Below, piece by piece: positions 55,564 to 63,025 of a stretch of 64,000 nt of DNA. Source of the stretch: a virus; the IMG/VR virus record IMGVR_UViG_3300023276_001086, positions 32,001 to 96,000 of that record, one strand, 5' to 3'. Made by a program: the position numbers and the translations under genes. The notes under the pieces are model-generated. The model searched no databases and was not told the origin of the DNA. It saw nothing but the letters and a program-made list of their open reading frames with translations. Every line of letters starts with the position of its first letter. The first letter of the stretch is position 1.

Positions 55564-56082
55564 ATGCGTGTGGCAGATAGAAGTTCCGAGGGAAGAGGAG
55601 ATCGAACCACTTCACGTGTGTCGGTTCTGCGGAGCCAACATCGAGACGATGGAGGACCTGAGACTGGGGATATGCCCGTGGTGCAAGACGAGGCACGATT
55701 TCTAGGGCACACCTGCACCACCAATCGCGGTGGTGTCTACCGAAGCTGGCCGGTCCTTGACCTATGGGAGCTGGCCAAAGACCTACACACCTTCGAGCTC
55801 CCACCCGAACAGCTCCCCGAGTTCGACTTCTACATCGACTCGGAGCCACGGTTCTTCTGGTGGTCCCGGGCTCGAGGGACCAAAGAACAGTTCACGATGC
55901 GTGATCTGGCAGACCACATCCGCCGGGTCAACGATGCCGACCTGAGCTTCCCCATCTTGTTGAACCCGGAAGGGGGTGTGATGGATGGGCTGCACCGGAT
56001 GATGAAGGCCCACATCCTGGGCGTGTGCGTGCGTGTTCAGCAGTTCGAGGAGTGGCCCCCAGAAGGTGCAAAACCGCAGTAA
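55564..56082 (+). CDS. ParB/Sulfiredoxin-like N-terminal domain protein
   Basis: ADLSFPILL..GGVMDGLHRMMKA; strong RBS. Confidence 0.7.
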   Translation: MRVADRSSEGRGDRTTSRVSVLRSQHRDDGGPETGDMPVVQDEARFLGHTCTTNRGGVYRSWPVLDLWELAKDLHTFELPPEQLPEFDFYIDSEPRFFWWSRARGTKEQFTMRDLADHIRRVNDADLSFPILLNPEGGVMDGLHRMMKAHILGVCVRVQQFEEWPPEGAKPQ

Positions 56083-56095
56083 AACTGGGGATAAG
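56068..56095 (+). promoter_or_regulatory. Phage promoter motif GCAA-N15-GGGGATAAG
   Basis: Upstream of the leader hairpin (56100-56135) and the tRNA-like RNA. Confidence 0.7.
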
Positions 56096-56135
56096 ACTAA
56101 TAGTGATCTTGGAGGTGCTACCTCCGAATCATTAT

Positions 56136-56314
56136 GGGGACCGCGAGTTCCGTCTTGTGAAACTGAAGGATGACCAATCCTAAAGTAACACCGTTGAAAG
56201 GCCTGGTAAGCCTGACACTGATGATGGATGGTACGCTCGAACGCCAAGGAGAAGGAGGGTTGATCGCCTCTGGACTTTGGTTGTTTACTGGTTCGACTCC
56301 AGTCGGTCCCCCCA
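56136..56314 (+). ncRNA. Expanded tRNA-like RNA (179 nt) with His-type G-1:C73 acceptor end
   Basis: GGGGACCG/CGGTCCCC plus CCA; T-arm ACTGG-TTCGACT-CCAGT; D-stem GTTC/GAAC; anticodon-stem equivalent CCAAGG/CTTTGG. Confidence 0.7.
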
Positions 56315-56982
56315 TGGCACACATGGACAACGAAGCCCGCAAGGGAAACGGCTCTAACACGACACCCTCAAACGCCGAGTTCGTCGATGAAACCGACGCG
56401 GCCGAAATATTCGCCAGCCACCTATCTCGCCTGGAGCGACAGGTCGAGACCCTCGTGGCCGACGCCGCAGACGCGGCAGAGAATGCCGAGGATGCGGCTA
56501 AATACGCCGAGCGCGAGCGGCGACTAGGCCTGAGCCATGTCGAGCGTCTCAGAGACGACGCCGACCAAGCCCGCTTCGCGCTCGCCGACGCCAACGCCGA
56601 CTACATCGGCGTGCGCACCGCACAATATGTGGACGCCTGCGCGGCGGCGGACAAAGCCGAAGCTGAGGCTGAGGCTCTCGCGCAGGCCACCATCGAAGAG
56701 TTCAATTCGATGGCGCCAGTAGAGCAGGCGAAGGCTCTGCTCGCCGAAAAGCTCGGCGATGATGCGGCTGACGCGATCCTGTTCGCACTCACTGCGAGGG
56801 AGCAGGAAAGGGCGGCAACTCGCCGCAAGAAGATTGCCACCGCCCTGAAGGTCGGGGCCTCGATGGCCGCGATGGGCGGGCTCTATGGAGGGATCATCGG
56901 GATGGCCGTCGAGGCCGCCAAGCCCAAGACCCGCAGGGCCAAGATCGCAACCAAGTTGGTGAATTGGGCCTTCGCCCGCTAG
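56314..56982 (+). CDS. Ala-rich coiled-coil protein with C-terminal TM segment
   Basis: ORF 56170..56982; protein-like composition begins at ATG 56314 or 56323; start uncertain, no clear RBS. Confidence 0.65.
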   Translation: MAHMDNEARKGNGSNTTPSNAEFVDETDAAEIFASHLSRLERQVETLVADAADAAENAEDAAKYAERERRLGLSHVERLRDDADQARFALADANADYIGVRTAQYVDACAAADKAEAEAEALAQATIEEFNSMAPVEQAKALLAEKLGDDAADAILFALTAREQERAATRRKKIATALKVGASMAAMGGLYGGIIGMAVEAAKPKTRRAKIATKLVNWAFAR

Positions 56983-56993
56983 CGCATCTCAAT

Positions 56994-57047
56994 GGGGGAA
57001 CCGGAATAGTCCGGTTCCCCTCCGACTGTGGAGAATTCTTTTTAGCT
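56994..57047 (+). terminator. Strong hairpin GGGGAACCGGA-ATAG-TCCGGTTCCCC followed by TTCTTTTTAGCT
   Basis: 11-bp perfect stem after the stop at 56982. Confidence 0.7.
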
Positions 57048-57057
57048 GATGACGTAT

Positions 57058-57380
57058 GATCTGAGAGGGCCCCCTCTCTGTGGCGGTTTTACTTCAACTA
57101 GGTAAGTCTAGTAAGACCCTCTAATTTTACTTTAGATAGAACTAGAGAGGATAATGAGGGGGTCTTACTAGATACCCCTAGTTGAAGTAAAACATCTAGA
57201 GAGAAAGAGCCTCTCTGGATCACCCAGTACAAATAGGAGGGTCTTACTAGACTTACCTAGTTGAAGTAAAACATCTAGAGAGAAAGAGCCTCTCTGGATC
57301 ACCCAGTACAAATAGGAGGGTCTTACTAGATACCCCTAGTTGAAGTAAAACACCTAGAGAGAAAGAGCCTCTCTGGATCA
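57058..57380. repeat. 79-bp tandem repeat x~2.8 plus one inverted copy; candidate replication origin/protein-binding array
   Basis: GGTCTTACTAGA starts at 57161, 57240 and 57319; inverted copy 57087-57121, degenerate to 57058; AT-rich and non-coding. Confidence 0.9.
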
Positions 57381-57418
57381 AACGGGCGTAACTAGCTAAG
57401 AAGATTGAGTAACGAATG

Positions 57419-57634
57419 TTACTCAACCTGGTCGTCCGACCGACGAACTACCAACAGCCCCTCGTGTTTGCAGAGGATGCAGCGCCCGTACTTGGACTTT
57501 TTGGTGGCGGGTCGAATGACATCGCCAAGGTTCAGGTTGCCGACATCCTCCATTGTCTGATCCTTGTTGCACGTCGGGCTCGTGCAGCGCAGGAGGTATT
57601 CAACTATCAGCGCCGTCTTTCGTTTCATCGTCAT
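57419..57634 (-). CDS. Small zinc-binding protein
   Basis: CTSPTC...CILC; GGAG RBS; followed by TTCTTAGCT on the minus strand (57394-57402). Confidence 0.55.
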   Translation of the reverse strand: MTMKRKTALIVEYLLRCTSPTCNKDQTMEDVGNLNLGDVIRPATKKSKYGRCILCKHEGLLVVRRSDDQVE

Positions 57635-57830
57635 CTCCAGTACCGAGCACCAGCTTGCCTTCGACAAGCCTACTCCTGACCGCCTCCTTCTGCACGGCCA
57701 GCAGCATCTGCATCTGCCTGGCGCTCTTGGCGATGATGTGGGTGGCAACCTTGTGGCAGTCATCACAGACCGGTACACCCTCCCACAACGCGACCTTGGG
57801 CTTGCCGCAGTTCATGCAAACACCGCTCAC
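57600..57830 (-). CDS. Small zinc-finger protein
   Basis: CMNC...CDDC; GTGA-coupled. Confidence 0.6.
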   Translation of the reverse strand: MSGVCMNCGKPKVALWEGVPVCDDCHKVATHIIAKSARQMQMLLAVQKEAVRSRLVEGKLVLGTGDDDETKDGADS

Positions 57831-58471
57831 GCCGCCCCCAACTTACTGAGAACCCTTCGGCACTCATCATCAAACCTATCGCAGTCGATGATGAGCCGAA
57901 CCGTACCAGAGGGGTCCTCGAGCAAGACAACGCTACTCCGCGCACCAGAACGGATATCCGCCCACCGTTCTAGCGCGGTACCGATTTGCCGAACCGGTAA
58001 CCTCATCCTGTTCAAGATGGTAGCGAGGAGCAGACGACGAACATCCTCCACGGACCACACTCGTCGAGTACCCTTCCCGTCCGCTTCCCCAATCGATGGC
58101 ACCACCACCAACGTCTCCGCCATGTGGATCATCATGCGTTGCGTAATCCCGAGGGCTTTCGAGATACGCACGCCACTCGCGGCAATCTCCCCCACCACCC
58201 CGCGGACAACCGCAACGGCTCTCCTCTTCTCTGACTTCCCCCTTTCTTCCTCCCTCATTCGCTCTATCGTTACCGCAGCCTTCTCTACGTCTCCGTAGAG
58301 GTACAGATCTATGCTCTCGACCTCTCCCGGTTTTGGGTTGACCCAACCGTTGAATATCTTGTTCAATCTGCCCACGTTCAGGTCGAGATCACGCGACATC
58401 TGATTCTGCCTGATACCATTCGCCGCTAGTTGAACCTTCCAGTCCGTGGCGCGCTTCATGTCTACCTTCAT
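57827..58471 (-). CDS. Transcription regulator: XRE-like HTH plus MerR-like HTH
   Basis: GIRQNQMSRDLDLNVGRLNKIFNGWVNP; ISKALGITQRMM..GTRRVWSVEDV. Confidence 0.7.
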   Translation of the reverse strand: MKVDMKRATDWKVQLAANGIRQNQMSRDLDLNVGRLNKIFNGWVNPKPGEVESIDLYLYGDVEKAAVTIERMREEERGKSEKRRAVAVVRGVVGEIAASGVRISKALGITQRMMIHMAETLVVVPSIGEADGKGTRRVWSVEDVRRLLLATILNRMRLPVRQIGTALERWADIRSGARSSVVLLEDPSGTVRLIIDCDRFDDECRRVLSKLGAA

Positions 58472-59070
58472 GCTCCCCTTATGGCCCGCTTGACGGGCGC
58501 GTAGGACCGTCGGTGCTCTGGACAGGGCCCGTGCTTCTTCAACTGGGCAAGGTGTACCACCGTTGGGTAGCCCTTGTGTGTCTCGAACCCGTAGGCTGGG
58601 TACGCCGCCGCCATCCCTGCTATCAGCTGGTCTCTCCAGACCTTAGCGATGATGGATGCTGCCCCAACAGCCTGCACCTTGGCGTCAGCCTTAGGCATGG
58701 CAGTCTGCTGAGCGGTAGGCACGGGGTGAGGCAACTTGGTCTTGCCGTCCACGACGACGTGGGCATCAGGGAACCGTTCGAGGCAGCACATGGCGCAGGA
58801 GACCATGCAGCCCCGAAGACACTGATTGATGCCGTGCTCGTCGATGAACTCGACCCCCGACTGGGCAATCACCCAGTGAAGACTGTGTTCGTGGATGGCG
58901 TGGATGACATTGACACGCTGATGGGGCTTGAGCGCCTTTGAGTCACCCACACCGTCCACGACCAGCTCCTCCGGGAAGACCACGGCAGCGACGACCACCG
59001 GACCCGCAATGGGCCCAAGCCCCACCTCATCTATGCCGATAATGTTCATCAGACCCAACCCCGCTGTCAC
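58468..59070 (-). CDS. rnhB: Ribonuclease HII
   Basis: GIDEVGLGPIAGPV, DSK, VDG, KAD..VGAASIIAKV.RD, HKGYPT, HRRSY; start may be 59049. Confidence 0.92.
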   Translation of the reverse strand: MTAGLGLMNIIGIDEVGLGPIAGPVVVAAVVFPEELVVDGVGDSKALKPHQRVNVIHAIHEHSLHWVIAQSGVEFIDEHGINQCLRGCMVSCAMCCLERFPDAHVVVDGKTKLPHPVPTAQQTAMPKADAKVQAVGAASIIAKVWRDQLIAGMAAAYPAYGFETHKGYPTVVHLAQLKKHGPCPEHRRSYAPVKRAIRGA

Positions 59071-59115
59071 GAATGCACGTGGCGTTCCCCATCTGGTAGT
59101 CGTCGTCCCTCGACA

Positions 59116-59433
59116 TCAGGGTGCCACCTCTTCCTCACGCCACTGATCGCGCATACGCAGGAGGCGCTTCCCGGCATTACGAAGCGCCCATTGAGACGAC
59201 ATCCCGAAATCAAGCAGCCGCTGCTCTACCGTGTAAGGGAACTCCTCTATGTCCTGGTCAGACAGAATCTCCAGCATGGCCTCGCAGTGGTTCACGTGCT
59301 GTCTGCATTCAGTCTCTTCTTCGTCACTGCATATCTCGAGACTGATTTGGGCGTGGCCTAGCTTGTCCTCTACTTGCTCCAACAAGAAGCACAAATAGTC
59401 GTCGTTCTTCGCCCTTTCGTGCGTGCGCTCCAT
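59116..59433 (-). CDS. Hypothetical protein
   Basis: 105 aa; coupled. Confidence 0.55.
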   Translation of the reverse strand: MERTHERAKNDDYLCFLLEQVEDKLGHAQISLEICSDEEETECRQHVNHCEAMLEILSDQDIEEFPYTVEQRLLDFGMSSQWALRNAGKRLLRMRDQWREEEVAP

Positions 59434-59669
59434 CAGCCTGCCTCCTTCTCATCGAGCTCGCTGGGAGCATCCTCGATGTCGACCCAGCCCGCATTGTTGC
59501 CCTCGGCGTCAGACTGGATCCACATGAACTTCCGCTTGCCCCTGAGCAGTATCTGGATACCGAAGTAGTCAGGATCTGCATCCTCGGGCACCCCGATGAC
59601 CCCGACGATTGTGCCGCCTAGAAGTTGATCCAGGATCTGATCCTTGCAATACTTTGAGTCGTGGCTCAC
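59433..59669 (-). CDS. Hypothetical protein
   Basis: 78 aa; SDAEGNNAGW; coupled. Confidence 0.6.
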   Translation of the reverse strand: MSHDSKYCKDQILDQLLGGTIVGVIGVPEDADPDYFGIQILLRGKRKFMWIQSDAEGNNAGWVDIEDAPSELDEKEAG

Positions 59670-59899
59670 CTCTCTCGCTCCTTGTAGACGGTATCCTTGG
59701 GCGGCTTCCAGTTGCTGAGCAGCTTGGTGAGCTGCTTCCGCTCTGCATTCGCACGAAGCCTCTCTTCTTCGCGCTCCATCTTGGCTCTTGCGAAGCGCAT
59801 CTTCACGTCCTTGTCCGTCTCGCCCTCGAGACGCTTACCTGTGATCTTGCAGCCGGCACCGAAGTCGGCGACGACCACCTCGTCCTCATGGTCAGCCAT
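59666..59899 (-). CDS. Hypothetical protein
   Basis: Likely start MADHEDE at 59899 with GGAGG RBS. Confidence 0.55.
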   Translation of the reverse strand: MADHEDEVVVADFGAGCKITGKRLEGETDKDVKMRFARAKMEREEERLRANAERKQLTKLLSNWKPPKDTVYKERER

Positions 59900-60674
59900 C
59901 AGTATCCGTTCCTCCAAGCCGGCACTTGGCCAGCTCCCAGCAGTGGTCATAGAGATGAAGACCCTTCGACGCGGCGATGATCTCCCCAGGTGCCACACCG
60001 ATCTCGTCGGCCATGTACTCCTGGAGGTTGACGATGGCCGCCAGGTTGGCGGGGAAGCCGCCCCACAAGTCCCAGCTCCTGAAGTAGATGCAGAAGTGCA
60101 ACTTCTCCTCGTCCAACGACGGATAATCCTGGAATCGGTCTCCATCCGTCGCAGGGTAGACACGGCAGTCGATTTGGCGCAGGCAGGGCGGGTCCTCGAG
60201 GTGGATGTCGCTTGGCTGGGCGATGGTCATGCAGGCCTGGTTGTTGCCAAAGCTTCTCTTGAACTTCGCAATGACCTCTTCGACCTGGGGCGACATGCGC
60301 TGGAGCGAGTGCCCGAATTCGTGATAGGACGTCTCCGGCGATACTATCGGTGCCCAGGTCGGCCCAAAGAGTCGCTCTCCGTAGGTGTACTGCTCCCCCT
60401 CCTTCCTCTCATCCGTCATGAGGTACGGAAGGTACTGAGCAATGTAGTCGTCCTCGACGGGGTTCGGGATGTTGAGGTGCGGCGGGATGTCCGGCAGGAG
60501 CGGCCGGACGTGGGGGTGCGTGATATGGACAGTGATGTAGTCGAGCTCACGCCGTGTCTGCCCCTCGTAGCTCCCCTCAGTGATCTTGTAGTCGCGTCCT
60601 TGCTGATAGCAGGCGTCCACGCACTGGAACCACGCGTCAGGTAGATCCCGAGCTTCGATATTGATTGGTCTCAC
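59892..60674 (-). CDS. thyA: Thymidylate synthase (ThyA-type)
   Basis: YTYGERL, catalytic PPC, FRSWD..GFPAN, HLY. Confidence 0.85.
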   Translation of the reverse strand: MRPINIEARDLPDAWFQCVDACYQQGRDYKITEGSYEGQTRRELDYITVHITHPHVRPLLPDIPPHLNIPNPVEDDYIAQYLPYLMTDERKEGEQYTYGERLFGPTWAPIVSPETSYHEFGHSLQRMSPQVEEVIAKFKRSFGNNQACMTIAQPSDIHLEDPPCLRQIDCRVYPATDGDRFQDYPSLDEEKLHFCIYFRSWDLWGGFPANLAAIVNLQEYMADEIGVAPGEIIAASKGLHLYDHCWELAKCRLGGTDTDG

Positions 60675-61354
60675 TCTTCCTCCTTGGGCTCGAGCCGTTT
60701 GGCTAGATCCCGGATGGCGTCGCGGGCCTGGGGGTCCATGGCAGACACCACGTCAGCGGCTTCGTGGAGTATGTTGACGGCCTTGGCCAGCTGCACGTCT
60801 TCCTCACTCTCACCCTCGTCGTTGATGACCCGAAATGGTGGTAGATTCGGTACAGTTGGGCAGGCCAGACGGAGCTTTCTGAGGATCCTCTCCTTCAAAC
60901 GCTTACTGTCGCTGACGAAGATAGTCAGGGCGGTATCATCGATGAGCTCGATGATCGCGTCGATGGGCTGTTTTTCGATGAGCAGATCCTGGTCATGGGT
61001 GCAGAGCAGACACTCCTCTGACTCCATCCCCGGCCGCCACCAGTAGTGGGCCGGGCTCAACTCGCCGCCCATACCCCCAGTGTGCCACTTGTCCCACGGG
61101 ATGAGTTTCTCGGTACAGAACTCCTCGAGGACACGGCAATCCCCGTAGTTTTTCTCGTACTCGAACAGCGCGATGATACCGTCAACCCGATGCGCGAGAA
61201 GGTCGACCGGACCCTCTGGCAACCACTGCTCCTCCTTGCAGTAATCATCGTCAACGAAGATCTCCTCACGAATAATTGCGTCGCACAAGCGACTAGCCAG
61301 TGGCCTGCGAACGTCGCCACCAATCCAGAACTTCGTATGAATGTACTCTCCCAC
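60671..61354 (-). CDS. Hypothetical protein
   Basis: 227 aa; AAGGAG RBS; weaker promoter-motif copy at 61397-61424(-). Confidence 0.65.
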   Translation of the reverse strand: MGEYIHTKFWIGGDVRRPLASRLCDAIIREEIFVDDDYCKEEQWLPEGPVDLLAHRVDGIIALFEYEKNYGDCRVLEEFCTEKLIPWDKWHTGGMGGELSPAHYWWRPGMESEECLLCTHDQDLLIEKQPIDAIIELIDDTALTIFVSDSKRLKERILRKLRLACPTVPNLPPFRVINDEGESEEDVQLAKAVNILHEAADVVSAMDPQARDAIRDLAKRLEPKEEE

Positions 61355-61441
61355 TTCGATCTCCTTTTCAGCTAGAAGGGTTCCCTTCGCGTATCCCTTA
61401 TAACAATCTGAGCCCCATAATAGCGGCGGATCTTGTGCGAG

Positions 61442-61549
61442 ATGGGCCCCCTAGGAGACAAGCTCGTCGAAAAACTGTACGAGGAGTTGACGCTAGAGAT
61501 GCTGGCGCTCGATGCGGCGAAGTCCTTCGCCGCGCCAACCGCTAGCTAG
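61442..61549 (+). CDS. Possible 35-aa peptide (MGPLGDKLVEKLYEELTLEMLALDAAKSFAAPTAS)
   Basis: Manual translation; followed by hairpin TGCCCTC/GGGGGCA plus TTCTCTTAGCT; no clear RBS. Confidence 0.35.
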   Translation: MGPLGDKLVEKLYEELTLEMLALDAAKSFAAPTAS

Positions 61550-61608
61550 CTCAACGGTTCGCCTGCCTTGCCCTCTCTCCGGGGGCATTCTCTTAGCTGG
61601 TCATGAAC

Positions 61609-61640
61609 TAAAACAGGGCGCCTCCGAAGAGACGCCCTGT
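61609..61640 (-). terminator. Intrinsic terminator with UUCG loop
   Basis: Minus strand ACAGGGCGTCTC-TTCG-GAGGCGCCCTGT followed by a T-tract, downstream of 61673. Confidence 0.75.
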
Positions 61641-61672
61641 GAGATCAGGGGTGGGGGGGACGTTCCCTGACC

Positions 61673-62755
61673 TCAACCATCTGAGACTAGCATGGGTGGA
61701 TCTGCGGCAGCAATGGGGGCCGAGGTGGGTAGTTCTGGTGGGGGGTCTGATGGCACTTTGGTGTAGCCCATCTGCTTGCACACAGGGTCGATCTCACCCT
61801 CATTTGTGGGCCGACGCCAGAAGGCGTTGTGTGTTTTTGGTCCGGACGTGATCCGCGCAAGACCTCTCGCACACGCGACCCTGTCATCGCAAGAAGCCTT
61901 GCCACTCTCACACCGCCCACCCCAAGTGATCGGCCTGCCAGGAACCCACTCTAGTCGATGTCCTGGTCTGGAGATCTCTACGAGAGGGCGCTTTGAGATG
62001 AGCGCCTTGCCGAGCTCAACAGCGTAGGAGCAACGGCGGGAGCCGTATTGAGCATCCCAGCGGTCAAGCGCAGACTCTTGTGTGATCGACTTGTTCTGGC
62101 GACGTAGATAGTCGAGATAACCACCCGGCATCTCACAATCTGTCTCCAGGTTGCGTATCCAAGCTGCTCGAGCATTACGCAACGCATAGCCCTTCACGGC
62201 CATGATGTGGGGTTGTCCCCGCCTGAAGACTGAGAGCATTGTCTCACCGCTCTCATCACACTCAGTGATACGGCGAACGTGACCACGCTCACACCCACGA
62301 CGACGGATGTTGCGCAGCGACTGCCATATACCGACACAGTCCTGCGGGTTACCATCAGCCTCCGCAATACAGATCCGAAGAAACGCCGTGAGGGTCGATT
62401 GAACCGAATCCTCTTCGGGAACGTTCCAGGCTTTCCCCTGGGTCTCTGCCGGGCTTCCCCAAATGAACCGGCGAACCCGCCGCTTTGGCGGCGGCGGTAC
62501 TTCGGCCTGTTCCGCTACCTCTTCCCTGGGGGCGTTCAGACGTCTGTCGAACTCCTCCCTCTGCCTCTTGTTCTTCTCACTCCTGGCCTGTCGATTGGCG
62601 GCATACTGCGCCAGCAAAGCCGCACGTCCAGCTCGACGCTCCTCGAGACGGCCTTCCGCAGAAGCCTCGCCCTCGGTGCAACCAGCGAACGTGACAACCG
62701 CTACGGCAGCCACAGTCAGGGTGAACACGATGATCACTACACGGATGACGTTCAT
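61673..62755 (-). CDS. Putative lipoprotein with divergent SleB/Hydrolase_2-like domain
   Basis: Signal peptide ending FAG-C; FLRICIAEADG..IWQSLRN resembles the SleB LAR.I.AEA.G..V.NR motif; Cys-rich. Confidence 0.5.
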   Translation of the reverse strand: MNVIRVVIIVFTLTVAAVAVVTFAGCTEGEASAEGRLEERRAGRAALLAQYAANRQARSEKNKRQREEFDRRLNAPREEVAEQAEVPPPPKRRVRRFIWGSPAETQGKAWNVPEEDSVQSTLTAFLRICIAEADGNPQDCVGIWQSLRNIRRRGCERGHVRRITECDESGETMLSVFRRGQPHIMAVKGYALRNARAAWIRNLETDCEMPGGYLDYLRRQNKSITQESALDRWDAQYGSRRCSYAVELGKALISKRPLVEISRPGHRLEWVPGRPITWGGRCESGKASCDDRVACARGLARITSGPKTHNAFWRRPTNEGEIDPVCKQMGYTKVPSDPPPELPTSAPIAAADPPMLVSDG

Positions 62756-62797
62756 AGTCGTCCTCCTCTCCTCCCGGGCCCTGCGACCCGGCTATCC

Positions 62798-62947
62798 CTA
62801 TCCGAAGAGCAAATGACCGGCAAGGCCGGCAGCGGAGATCCCCGCTATGAAGCCCATCATGAATACGAAGGACCTGGTTATTGAGCGCCTCGTCCGACGA
62901 GGTACGTCAACAACGTTGCTCCACAATTCCAACTCCAACTCGGTCAC
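62798..62947 (-). CDS. Small 49-aa membrane peptide missed by the ORF track
   Basis: Manual translation MTELELELW...FVFMMGFIAGISAAGLAGHLLFG. Confidence 0.45.
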   Translation of the reverse strand: MTELELELWSNVVDVPRRTRRSITRSFVFMMGFIAGISAAGLAGHLLFG

Positions 62948-63025
62948 GTCCTACCCCTAGCGCCGAAAGCGCCCCCACACTGTTCCTCACTTTACCACAC
63001 CGATCCCACCCACCTGATAGCGGCA

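Noticed and set aside
56111-56160. Leader peptide MGTASSVL using GGAGGT as RBS
   Set aside because: The RBS is ~17 nt from the ATG and buried in a hairpin; only 8 codons.
56136-56314. tmRNA, tRNA-Sec or group I intron-containing tRNA
   Set aside because: No G3:U70 pair or A discriminator and too short for tmRNA; no UCA anticodon or G73 for SelC; the inserts (88 and 25 nt) are too small for a group I intron.
57058-57380. CRISPR array
   Set aside because: Units are near-identical over all 79 bp with no unique spacers, and no cas genes are in the window.
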